From contig SVRQ01000009.1 of assembly GCA_015064725.1 (NCBI GenBank), positions 1,897-65,896 of the forward strand: a stretch of 64,000 nucleotides of DNA, read 5' to 3'. How positions within the stretch are numbered: the stretch's first letter is position 1; every line of letters starts with the position of its first letter. Source of the DNA: Oscillospiraceae bacterium (GTDB taxonomy: Bacteria > Bacillota > Clostridia > Oscillospirales > CAG-272). Below, piece after piece: positions 53,745 through 62,135 of this stretch. The position numbers and the translations under genes are program-made. The notes under the pieces are model-generated. The model was not told the DNA's origin, did not search any database, and saw only the letters and a program-made list of their open reading frames with translations.

Positions 53745-54992
53745 ATGGCATTTAACCCTTCCGACATTGAAAGCATCGTTCGCAAGATCGTAAGCGAGAT
53801 GAACGGCGCGGGCGAGCACAAGCACGAATGCTGCGGCGGCCACGGCGGCGAATGCAAATGCGGCAAGCATTCCGCAGGCATCCCCAAGACAGCCAAGGTT
53901 GCGATGCTTACAAAAACAAAAACTATCGAGATCAAGGAATTCCCCATTCCCGAACTTCAGGATGACGACATCCTCGTTAAGGTAGAAGGCGCAGGCATCT
54001 GCGGTACGGACGTTCACGAATGGAGAGCAGACCCGTTCGGTCTTATGCCCGTAGTCCTCGGTCACGAAGGCACAGGCGAGATCATTGCTCTCGGTAAAAA
54101 CATTAAAACAGATACATCCGGCAAGCCCATCAAGGTTGGCGATAAGGTGGTAACTTCCGTTATCTCCTGCGGCGAATGCAACATCTGCCGCAACCATCCC
54201 GCGAATACAAACCTTTGCGACAAGCAGGGCGTGTTCGGCCTTATCCCCCACAATGACGAACAGCCCCTCCTCGGCTGGTTCGCAACACATCTTCTTATCC
54301 GCGGCAAGGGTTCTACATACTTTGTTGTAAACGACCTTGACCTTTACGAAAGAATGATACTTGAGCTTGCTTGCGTTTGCGTTCACGCCCTCAAGCGTGC
54401 AAACGGCACAGGTCTTATGAATTTCAATACTAAAGTTGTTATCCAGGGTCTTGGCCCCGTTGGTCTTGTTATGGCTTGCGTGCTCCGCGCGGCGGGTATC
54501 AACCATATCATCGCCATCGACGGTACACAGACAAGACTTGATATGGCTAAAAAGCTCGGCGTTAAGACAGTCATCAACTTCAAGGAAGCAAAAACTCTTG
54601 AAGAGCGCGTAGCTCTCGTTACGGAAGCGTGCGGCGGCAACCTTGCCGACTTCGCATTCCAGTGCACGGGCGTTCCCGCGGCTGCTGCCGACATCTACTC
54701 CTACATCCGCCGCGGCGGCGGTATGTGCGAAATGGGCTTCTTCGTTAACAACGGCGAATACCAGATCAACCCCCACTTCACAATGTGCAACAAAGAGATC
54801 AACCTTGTTGGTTCTTGGGACTACAGCGCAGACGATTATCCCACAACAATGGCGTTCCTCCGTCAGGCAAGAGAGATGAACATTCCGATCAAAGAACTCA
54901 TCACTCATACATATCCGCTTGAAAAGATGAACGAAGCAATGGAAATGAACGTTTCCCAGCAGGGCATAAAGATCTGCTACGTTGCTGACTAA
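53745..54992 (+). CDS. zinc-dependent MDR alcohol dehydrogenase with an N-terminal encapsulation peptide
   Basis: N-terminal helix SDIESIVRKIVSEM, then HKHECCGGHGGECKCGKH. The MDR core has GICGTDVHEW, GHEGTGEI, structural Zn site CGECNICRNHPANTNLC, and GLGPVG NAD-binding fold. 415 aa. Confidence 0.85.
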   Translation: MAFNPSDIESIVRKIVSEMNGAGEHKHECCGGHGGECKCGKHSAGIPKTAKVAMLTKTKTIEIKEFPIPELQDDDILVKVEGAGICGTDVHEWRADPFGLMPVVLGHEGTGEIIALGKNIKTDTSGKPIKVGDKVVTSVISCGECNICRNHPANTNLCDKQGVFGLIPHNDEQPLLGWFATHLLIRGKGSTYFVVNDLDLYERMILELACVCVHALKRANGTGLMNFNTKVVIQGLGPVGLVMACVLRAAGINHIIAIDGTQTRLDMAKKLGVKTVINFKEAKTLEERVALVTEACGGNLADFAFQCTGVPAAAADIYSYIRRGGGMCEMGFFVNNGEYQINPHFTMCNKEINLVGSWDYSADDYPTTMAFLRQAREMNIPIKELITHTYPLEKMNEAMEMNVSQQGIKICYVAD

Positions 54993-55003
54993 GGAGAGCG
55001 CAT

Positions 55004-55342
55004 ATGGCACTCGGTATGATAGAAGTTTACGGCTTTACCACGGCTATCGTTGTAGCAGATAAGGTTGCAAAAAGTGCCGATGTCAAGGTCGTTGCTATAG
55101 ACAAAAATAAGCCCGCAAACGCAGATAAGGTGGAAGTTCCCCTTGTTATGGTAGTTAAGTTTGAGGGCGGCGCTTCCGAGGTTGCCGCGGCTATGGACGC
55201 AGGCGTTGCGGAAGCGGAAAAGAGAAATCTTTTCATTACATCAAAGCTTATTTCCAGACAGTCGGAGGAGATAGAGTGGTTCGCGAATCTCAGCGCACTC
55301 GGAAAAGACAAACTCCGCAACACGGAAAAAGAAGAAAACTAA
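55004..55342 (+). CDS. BMC-H shell protein (divergent, with internal insertion and C-terminal tail)
   Basis: Pfam00936-type start ALGMIEVYGFTTAIVVADKVAKSADV. Insertion DKNKPANADKVEVP. 112 aa. Confidence 0.8.
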   Translation: MALGMIEVYGFTTAIVVADKVAKSADVKVVAIDKNKPANADKVEVPLVMVVKFEGGASEVAAAMDAGVAEAEKRNLFITSKLISRQSEEIEWFANLSALGKDKLRNTEKEEN

Positions 55343-55391
55343 AAAAAATAAAAATCAAACAAAAATATAAAATTAAAGGAGAACAATTATT

Positions 55392-55667
55392 ATGCAGGAA
55401 GCACTCGGTATGGTAGAAACAAGAGGTCTCGTTGCAGCTATCGAAGCAGCGGACGCAATGGTTAAAGCAGCAAACGTAACACTCGTAGGTAGCGAAAAGA
55501 TCGGTTCCGGTCTCGTAAGCGTAATGGTTCGCGGCGACGTTGGCGCTGTTAACGCAGCAGTTGCAGCAGGCGGCGAAGCAGCTCAGAGACTCGGCGAAGT
55601 AGTTGCTACACACGTAATTCCTCGTCCTCACACAGACGTTGAAAAACTTCTCCCTAAACTCGGCTAA
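55392..55667 (+). CDS. BMC-H shell protein (PduA/PduJ-like)
   Basis: [27 protein letters not shown]...[10 protein letters not shown]...HVIPRPH. 91 aa. Confidence 0.93.
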   Translation: MQEALGMVETRGLVAAIEAADAMVKAANVTLVGSEKIGSGLVSVMVRGDVGAVNAAVAAGGEAAQRLGEVVATHVIPRPHTDVEKLLPKLG

Positions 55668-55691
55668 TTCTTAAAGAAACGGTACGAAATT

Positions 55692-55967
55692 ATGGATCAG
55701 GCAATAGCGTTACTCGAAGTACAGGCGCTCGTTACAGCCATCGCGGGACTTGATGCGATGGTAAAGGCGGCAAATGTAAAGCTCATCCACGTCGAGAAAC
55801 GCTTGGGCGGACGATTGGTAACAGTCGTTGTGCAGGGCAGCGTGTCCGATGTGACCGCGGCTCTTGAAGCAGGTGTAAAAGCGGCGAAGCTTGTTGGCAA
55901 CGTAAAACTTGCGGAAGTTATCGCACGCCCGCACCCCGACGTTATGAGCTTTCTCACAACGGGTTGA
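55692..55967 (+). CDS. BMC-H shell protein (divergent paralog)
   Basis: [28 protein letters not shown]...VVVQGSVSDV...VIARPH. 91 aa. Confidence 0.88.
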   Translation: MDQAIALLEVQALVTAIAGLDAMVKAANVKLIHVEKRLGGRLVTVVVQGSVSDVTAALEAGVKAAKLVGNVKLAEVIARPHPDVMSFLTTG

Positions 55968-56016
55968 TAAGACCCATTTGAAGAAATACAAAAAATTTTA
56001 ATGGAGGTAATATACA

Positions 56017-56289
56017 ATGGAAGCACTCGGTATGGTAGAAACAAGAGGTCTTGTTGCGGCTATCGAAGCAGCAGATGCTATGGTTAAATCCGCTAACGTT
56101 ACACTTATCGGCAGCGAAAAGATCGGTTCCGGTCTCGTAAGCGTAATGGTTCGCGGCGACGTTGGCGCTGTTCAGGCTGCTGTTGCAGCAGGCGGCGACG
56201 CAGCTCAGAGACTCGGCGAAGTTGTAGCTACACACGTAATTCCTCGTCCTCACACAGACGTTGAAAAACTTCTCCCCAAGCTCGGCTAA
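56017..56289 (+). CDS. BMC-H shell protein (PduA/PduJ-like, near-duplicate of 55392..55667)
   Basis: Differs from the 55392 product by 4 substitutions and a 1-residue indel. 90 aa. Confidence 0.93.
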   Translation: MEALGMVETRGLVAAIEAADAMVKSANVTLIGSEKIGSGLVSVMVRGDVGAVQAAVAAGGDAAQRLGEVVATHVIPRPHTDVEKLLPKLG

Positions 56290-56301
56290 TTAAACTTTCG
56301 T

Positions 56302-56339
56302 GAATTTTCGGGGCGCTTCACCGCGCCCCTCGAAAATTC
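56302..56339 (+). terminator. GC-rich stem-loop (possible partial terminator / attenuator) after the shell-gene block
   Basis: GAATTTTCGGGGCGC (56302-56316) pairs with GCGCCCCTCGAAAATTC (56323-56339) with a bulge. The following T-tract is weak (GCTTTTG). Confidence 0.4.
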
Positions 56340-56462
56340 CGCTTTTGATGCTCATTTTAAATTAAATAATATTTGAAGAGCAAAAGCTCTTTTGTCTTTC
56401 TCGGCTCGCAAGAGGCGAAAAACGTAAAATAAATTAAATTTATTAAAAAACATCCCTATATT

Positions 56463-56489
56463 TGTAGGGGAGGGGCTTGCTCCTCCCGC
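56463..56489 (+). repeat. hairpin repeat module B inside the BMC operon
   Basis: TGTAGGGGAGGGGCTTGCTCCTCCCGC. The same hairpin occurs at 25110-25137 and 30704-30730. Confidence 0.85.
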
Positions 56490-56578
56490 ATTTATCAAAA
56501 CAATTTTTTAACTTCGAACAAAATTCCGCATCGTGCGGATTTACATAAATAAAAATTACAGCAGAGGAGCCGAAGATT

Positions 56579-57235
56579 ATGGAATATTCATCTGCGGAAA
56601 TAGCCGCAATCGTTAAAAAAGTTATATCCGATATGGGAAGCACCGAAGAAAATAACGGCGCAGACGTGCCGATCGGCGTTTCCAACCGCCACGTACACCT
56701 TTCCAGAGAGCACCTCGATATTCTTTTCGGGAAGGGATACGAGCTTACGAAAGCCAAAGACCTTTCTCAGCCGGGACAGTATGCGGCAAACGAGGTAGTA
56801 ACTATTGTCGGACCCTCGCTTCGCCCCATCGAAAAGGTAAGAGTTCTCGGTCCCATCCGTTCCGCTTCCCAGGTGGAAGTATCTATGACGGACTCTTACG
56901 TACTCAAGGTCAAGCCCCCTGTGCGCGAATCCGGCAGCATCGAAGGCTCTGCGGGTATCACAATGATCGGCCCAAAGGGTGTTGTAACTCTTAAAGAGGG
57001 CTGCATTATCGCAAACCGCCACATACATATGGGCATTGCCGATGCCGAAAAATACGCGGTATCCGACGGAGATTACGTTACCGTTGACGTTGAGGGCAAG
57101 GGCAAAAAGACACGCTGGTACGGCGTTCAGGTAAGAGTAAACAAGAATTTTGCTCTTGAAATGCACGTTGACACGGATGACGCAAACGCTGCGGGAATCG
57201 GCAACGGCAGCCTTGTTAAAATTGTCAAAGAATAA
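56579..57235 (+). CDS. pduL: phosphate propanoyltransferase PduL (PTAC) with an N-terminal encapsulation peptide
   Basis: N-terminal helix SAEIAAIVKKVISDM. Two PduL repeats (VSNRHVHLS..., IANRHIHM...). 218 aa. Confidence 0.92.
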   Translation: MEYSSAEIAAIVKKVISDMGSTEENNGADVPIGVSNRHVHLSREHLDILFGKGYELTKAKDLSQPGQYAANEVVTIVGPSLRPIEKVRVLGPIRSASQVEVSMTDSYVLKVKPPVRESGSIEGSAGITMIGPKGVVTLKEGCIIANRHIHMGIADAEKYAVSDGDYVTVDVEGKGKKTRWYGVQVRVNKNFALEMHVDTDDANAAGIGNGSLVKIVKE

Positions 57236-57256
57236 TTTTTCGACGGGAGTAATGAT

Positions 57257-57505
57257 ATGTTAAAGGGAATCGTTGTCGGAAACGTGGTTTCCACAAAAAA
57301 ACAGGAATCTCTTATGGGAAGCAAATTCCTTGAAGTAAACCTTATAGAAAACGGTGTTAAGACCGATAAATATATAATCGCGGTCGACAGCGTCGGTGCG
57401 GGTATCGGCGAGGTCGTTCTCGTGACGACGGGAAGCAGCGCGCGCCTTGCGCTTCGCAACCAGTTTGAGCCCGTTGACGCGGTTATCGTAGGTATAGTTG
57501 ACTGA
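57257..57505 (+). CDS. BMC-P pentameric vertex protein (EutN/PduN/CcmL family)
   Basis: MLKGIVVGNVVSTKK...AVDSVGAGIGEVVLVTTGSSAR...VDAVIVGIVD. 82 aa. Confidence 0.92.
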   Translation: MLKGIVVGNVVSTKKQESLMGSKFLEVNLIENGVKTDKYIIAVDSVGAGIGEVVLVTTGSSARLALRNQFEPVDAVIVGIVD

Positions 57506-57525
57506 TATTAAGATAGGAGAAAAAT

Positions 57526-58956
57526 ATGTCGGGTGAAATGAACAATATTTCCGTTAAGGAAACGAAATATCCGCTTTACAGAAAACCCGCGCCCGCACCC
57601 GATACGCACGACGGCATACTTCGTATGACCGCCACACATATCGAGTTTAAGGAAAGCGTAAAGACCGCCGGCATTGTCGGCGCGGGCGGCGCAGGTTTCC
57701 CATCTTACGCGAAGATCGCAGACGGCGTTGATACGATTCTTATCAACGGCGCGGAATGTGAGTCCCTGCTTTATACGGACTACGTTCTTATGCGCGATGA
57801 GCTTCGCAAAGTAGTGGAGGGTATAGATCACGTTGTTACGAATACAACGGCGAAAAAAGGTCTTCTTTGCGTAAAGGAGCATACGGGCAAGGAGCTTGGC
57901 TTCTTTGACGGGCAGAAGCTTTCCGAGCATACATTTGTGAAGTTTTTGCCGAACGTGTATCCTATGGGCGATGAAGTAAGCCTTATTTATGAGGCTACGG
58001 GCAGAAGCATCAAGCCCGGTTCGCTCCCCATCTCCGTGGGCGTTATAGTTTACAACGTGGAAACGGTTTTTGATATAAGAGAAGCACTCAAACACAGAAT
58101 TGCAGTTACGCATAAATGGCTTACGGTTGGCGGAAACACGGAAAAGAGCTTTGTTGTAAGAGTTCCCGTGGGTATGTACGTAAAGGAGCTTTTGGAAATG
58201 CTCGGTGTCAGCGTGCCGAAGGGCAACGTGGTGCTTGACGGCGGTCCGGCTATGGGCAGAGTTATAGATCACGAACGCGCCGCCGTTACAAAGACGACAA
58301 AATCGATCCTTATACTGCCCGAAAGCTTGCCGATAATACAGAGCAAGATGACGTCGCTTGACGTGCAGGTGCGCCGCGGCACTTCCGCGTGCTGCCAATG
58401 CACAAGATGTACGGACCTTTGCCCCAGAAACCAGCTCGGTTATCCTTTGGAGCCGCACAAGCTCGTGCGCGCGGCGCAGGGCGCAGGTATCGTTGACCCC
58501 AAGATATTCGCAACGGCAACGCTTTGCTGCGGATGCGGCATTTGCGAGCACGCGGCGTGCGGTCAGGGTCTTTCCCCCAGAGCGATGATATTTAAGCTCA
58601 AGGACGATCTTGCAAAGAACAAGACGAGATATATTTCCGACGAAACCATCTCTCCCAGAGATACAAGGGATTACCGCCTTATCTCAAGCGAGCGTTGGAA
58701 AGAGATAATCGGCGTTTCCAAATATGATAAGAAAGCCGAATTTATAGATAAGGACTTTGCTCCCTCCAGAGTAGAAATATCTATGAGAGGCCACATAGGC
58801 GCACCCTCCGTTCCTTGCGTTGAAAAGGGACAGGCAGTTGCCTTGGGCGAAAAGATAGCGGACGCGGCAGACGGACTTTCGCTTCCGCAGTACGCTTCCA
58901 TCTCCGGCGTTTGCCGCCGTGTGGACAGCGACAAGATAATCATTGAAAGAATATAA
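57526..58956 (+). CDS. PduS/RnfC-like Fe-S flavoprotein
   Basis: GAGGAGFPSYAK and NGAECESLL (RnfC/PduS NADH-FMN region). SLBB-like middle. Two 4Fe-4S motifs, CCQCTRCTDLCP and CCGCGICEHAC. 476 aa. Confidence 0.8.
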   Translation: MSGEMNNISVKETKYPLYRKPAPAPDTHDGILRMTATHIEFKESVKTAGIVGAGGAGFPSYAKIADGVDTILINGAECESLLYTDYVLMRDELRKVVEGIDHVVTNTTAKKGLLCVKEHTGKELGFFDGQKLSEHTFVKFLPNVYPMGDEVSLIYEATGRSIKPGSLPISVGVIVYNVETVFDIREALKHRIAVTHKWLTVGGNTEKSFVVRVPVGMYVKELLEMLGVSVPKGNVVLDGGPAMGRVIDHERAAVTKTTKSILILPESLPIIQSKMTSLDVQVRRGTSACCQCTRCTDLCPRNQLGYPLEPHKLVRAAQGAGIVDPKIFATATLCCGCGICEHAACGQGLSPRAMIFKLKDDLAKNKTRYISDETISPRDTRDYRLISSERWKEIIGVSKYDKKAEFIDKDFAPSRVEISMRGHIGAPSVPCVEKGQAVALGEKIADAADGLSLPQYASISGVCRRVDSDKIIIERI

Positions 58957-58977
58957 AAGAAAGGGACAAACTGTAAT

Positions 58978-59523
58978 ATGTATCAGGCCATAGGTATAAT
59001 TGAGCTTAAAAGTATAGCTAAAGGCGTTGAAGCGTGTGACTCCGCGCTTAAAAGCGCAGGCATTACGCTTGTCAGCGCACATCCGTCGTGTCCCGGAAAA
59101 TATGAGATAATCATCACGGGTGCTATTGCCGACGTAAGCGCGGCTCTCTCCCACGTGAAAACAAGATTTGAAGGAACTATAATAGACTCCTCCCTTATGG
59201 GCAGAATAGATCCGCAGGTCATCACCGCGCTCTTCGGCACGGAGCCCATAAAGAAAAGCGGCTCTCTCGGCGTTATAGAAACGTACAGCGCGGCAAGCGC
59301 AATAAAGGCTGCGGATATTGCCGTTAAAACGGCAAAGGTCGATATATACGATCTTCGCGTTTCTCGCGGTATGGGCGGTAAGGGTCTTGTTATGGTGACG
59401 GGCGACGTCGGTGACGTAAATGCGGCTGTTGAAGCAGGCGCTTCCCACGCGGCGGACCTCGGACTTCTTATGAACAAATCCGTTATTGCCGCACCGCACA
59501 AAGAGCTTTGGGAACAAATTTGA
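58978..59523 (+). CDS. BMC-T tandem-domain shell protein (PduT-like)
   Basis: Two fused BMC domains (AIGIIELKSIAKGVEACD... and SLGVIETYSAASAIKAAD...). The Cys in HPSCPGKY sits where PduT binds its pore Fe-S cluster. 181 aa. Confidence 0.88.
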   Translation: MYQAIGIIELKSIAKGVEACDSALKSAGITLVSAHPSCPGKYEIIITGAIADVSAALSHVKTRFEGTIIDSSLMGRIDPQVITALFGTEPIKKSGSLGVIETYSAASAIKAADIAVKTAKVDIYDLRVSRGMGGKGLVMVTGDVGDVNAAVEAGASHAADLGLLMNKSVIAAPHKELWEQI

Positions 59524-59543
59524 TTTGAGGCGGGGTAATTAAA

Positions 59544-62072
59544 ATGGAAAACATTAAATTTTGTATAGAGAAAAGCGCACGCATAGGTAAGCTTATAGAG
59601 GCGATGTACGAAAAATTGCCGGAGATCGAAGCGGACCGCGGCGTGCTTGTAACAGAAAGTTACAAAGCGACGGAAGGGCTTCCGCTTATCAAGCGCAGAA
59701 GTGCGGCTTTCGCGCACATTCTTCGCAATATACCGATCGTTATCCGCGAAAACGAGCTTATCGCGGGAAGCACTACCGTGACACCCCGCGGCTGCCAGGT
59801 ATTCCCCGAATATTCCTACGAATGGCTCGAAGCGGAGTTTGACACGGTCGCAACCAGAGAAGCAGACCCCTTCTACATATCCGAAGAAACAAAGCAAAGA
59901 CTTCGCGAGGTTTATCCCTATTGGAAAGGCAAGACCGTTTCCGACCTCGCAAAAGCAAATATGGCACCCGAAGCGTATGACGTATTTATGAACCACGGTA
60001 TCTTTACCGTTGGTAACTACTTCTACAACGGTATCGGCCACGTTTGCGTTCAGTATGACAAAGTTATAAATTACGGCTACGAAGCTATAATAAACGAAGC
60101 CAAGGCAGAGCTTGCAAAGCTAAACTTCGGCGACGGAGATTACGTTACACGCAAGAATTTCCTTGATGCTGTTATTGAAAGCTGCGAAGCCGTTATAGAA
60201 TATGCCCACCGTTACTCTCTTCTTGCAACACAGCTTGCAGAAAAAGAGCACGATATGGGCAGAAAGCTGGAGCTTATCCGCATTGCGAATGCTTGCGCTC
60301 ACGTTCCCGAAAAGGGCGCGAGAAACTTCTTTGAAGCTTGCCAGTCTTTCTGGTTCATTCAGATGCTTTTGCAGACGGAGTCCAGCGGACACTCCATCTC
60401 CCCCGGACGTTTCGACCAGTATATGTATCCTTTCTATAAGAAGGATATGGATGACGGCGTTATGTCCATAGAGGAAGCGCAGGAGCTTATCGATAATATC
60501 TGGGTAAAGCTCAACGATATAAACAAGGTGCGCGACGCGGCAAGCGCGGAAGGTTTTGCAGGCTACGGTCTTTTCCAAAACCTTATTGTAGGCGGTCAGG
60601 ATGAATACGGAATGGATGCGACGAACGATCTTTCCTATATGTGTATTGAAGCCTCCATCCACGTTTCTCTCCCTCAGCCCTCTCTTTCCATCCGCGTTTG
60701 GAACGGCTCTCCGAAATCCTTGCTCATCAAGGCGGCATCGCTTACAAGACTCGGCACGGGCGTTCCCGCATACTATAATGACGAAGTTATCATCCCCTCC
60801 ATTATGGCTCGCGGGCTTACACTTGAAGATGCGCGCGATTACTGCATAATCGGTTGCGTTGAACCTCAAAAGGCGGGCAAAACGGACGGCTGGCACGATG
60901 CGGCGTTCTTCAATATGTGCCGTCCGCTGGAGCTTGTTTTCTCAAACGGTTACGATAAGGGCAAGAAAATCGGCCCTGACACGGGCGACGTTCTTGAAAT
61001 GAAGACGTTTGAAGAATTTTACGATGCTTACAAAAAGCAGGAAGCTTATATGATCTCCCTTATGGTCAACGCGGATAACGCGGTAGATGCGGCGCACGCT
61101 ATGCGTTGTCCTCTCCCGTTCCAATCCTGTATGGTTGACGATTGTATTGCCCGCGGCAAGTCCTTGCAGGAGGGCGGCGCTATCTATAACTTCACAGGTC
61201 CGCAGGGCTTCGGCATTGCCAATATGACGGACGCGCTTATCGCCGTTCGAGAGCTCGTTTTTGAAAAGAAGCTCGTTTCTATGGCAGAGCTCAAGGAGGC
61301 GCTCGAGCACAACTATGGCAAGGGTCTTCGCGGTTATGATGCCCAGAAGCTTACAACGGATATTGCCTGCAAGATAGCCGAAAGCGGCAGCAAAATAACG
61401 GAGGCGGATATCAAGGAGATATACCGCGAGGTCACAACGGGCGAATACCTTACGGCAAGCGCGAAAAAGAGATATGATGAAATTCTCGAGCTTATCGCAG
61501 GGCTTCCCAAGTATGGCAACGATATAAGAGAAGCCGACCTCTTTGCAAGAGATGTGGCTTACACATACACAAAAGAAGTTGAAAAATACAAGAACTACCG
61601 CGGCGGTCAGTATCAGGCGGGTCTTTATCCCGTTTCCGCAAACGTGCCTCTCGGCGCACAGACGGGTGCGACGCCCGACGGCAGACTTGCATATACGCCC
61701 ATTGCGGACGGTGTCGGTCCTGTTTCGGGAAGCGACAGAAAAGGTCCCACTGCAACGGCAAACTCCGTTGCAAAGCTCGACCACGGTATAGCGTCCAACG
61801 GTACGCTTCTTAACCAGAAATTCCATCCCAGCGCACTTGCAGGTATGGCGGGTCTTGAAAAGTTCGTATCCCTTATCCGTGGTTACTTCGACCAGAAGGG
61901 TATGCACGTTCAGTTCAACGTAGTAAACCGAGAAACGCTTCTCGATGCGCAGAAGCACCCCGAAAACTACAAGAATCTTGTTGTTCGCGTTGCGGGCTAC
62001 AGCGCACTTTTCACAACGCTTTCACGCTCCTTGCAGGATGACATCATCAACAGAACAGAACAGGGATTTTAA
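59544..62072 (+). CDS. glycyl radical enzyme, diol (1,2-propanediol)-dehydratase type
   Basis: 842 aa. Cys loop is IIGCVEPQ (Cys438/Glu440 by my count). His166 lies in NGIGHVCV and Asp452 in GWHDAAF. Glycyl radical motif is VVRVAGYSALF (Gly818). Confidence 0.88.
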   Translation: MENIKFCIEKSARIGKLIEAMYEKLPEIEADRGVLVTESYKATEGLPLIKRRSAAFAHILRNIPIVIRENELIAGSTTVTPRGCQVFPEYSYEWLEAEFDTVATREADPFYISEETKQRLREVYPYWKGKTVSDLAKANMAPEAYDVFMNHGIFTVGNYFYNGIGHVCVQYDKVINYGYEAIINEAKAELAKLNFGDGDYVTRKNFLDAVIESCEAVIEYAHRYSLLATQLAEKEHDMGRKLELIRIANACAHVPEKGARNFFEACQSFWFIQMLLQTESSGHSISPGRFDQYMYPFYKKDMDDGVMSIEEAQELIDNIWVKLNDINKVRDAASAEGFAGYGLFQNLIVGGQDEYGMDATNDLSYMCIEASIHVSLPQPSLSIRVWNGSPKSLLIKAASLTRLGTGVPAYYNDEVIIPSIMARGLTLEDARDYCIIGCVEPQKAGKTDGWHDAAFFNMCRPLELVFSNGYDKGKKIGPDTGDVLEMKTFEEFYDAYKKQEAYMISLMVNADNAVDAAHAMRCPLPFQSCMVDDCIARGKSLQEGGAIYNFTGPQGFGIANMTDALIAVRELVFEKKLVSMAELKEALEHNYGKGLRGYDAQKLTTDIACKIAESGSKITEADIKEIYREVTTGEYLTASAKKRYDEILELIAGLPKYGNDIREADLFARDVAYTYTKEVEKYKNYRGGQYQAGLYPVSANVPLGAQTGATPDGRLAYTPIADGVGPVSGSDRKGPTATANSVAKLDHGIASNGTLLNQKFHPSALAGMAGLEKFVSLIRGYFDQKGMHVQFNVVNRETLLDAQKHPENYKNLVVRVAGYSALFTTLSRSLQDDIINRTEQGF

Positions 62073-62075
62073 TAT

Positions 62076-62103
62076 GAAACCATAGCCAAACGGCTATGGT
62101 TTC
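62076..62103 (+). other. perfect 12-bp stem-loop right after the GRE stop codon (no U-tract)
   Basis: GAAACCATAGCC-aaac-GGCTATGGTTTC. Confidence 0.6.
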
Positions 62104-62135
62104 CCCATAATTTAATTTTTAAGAGGTATTTTAAA

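Noticed and set aside
51425-53947. 840-aa minus-strand ORF across the aldolase and aldehyde dehydrogenase genes
   Set aside because: It is antisense to two plus-strand genes with clear family motifs, RBSs and operon spacing. Its product has no domain-like features. It is a shadow ORF.
57508-60041. Minus-strand ORFs 57508..58551, 58684..59517 and 58983..60041 inside the BMC locus
   Set aside because: They are antisense to the PduS-like, PduT-like and GRE genes. They have no independent support.
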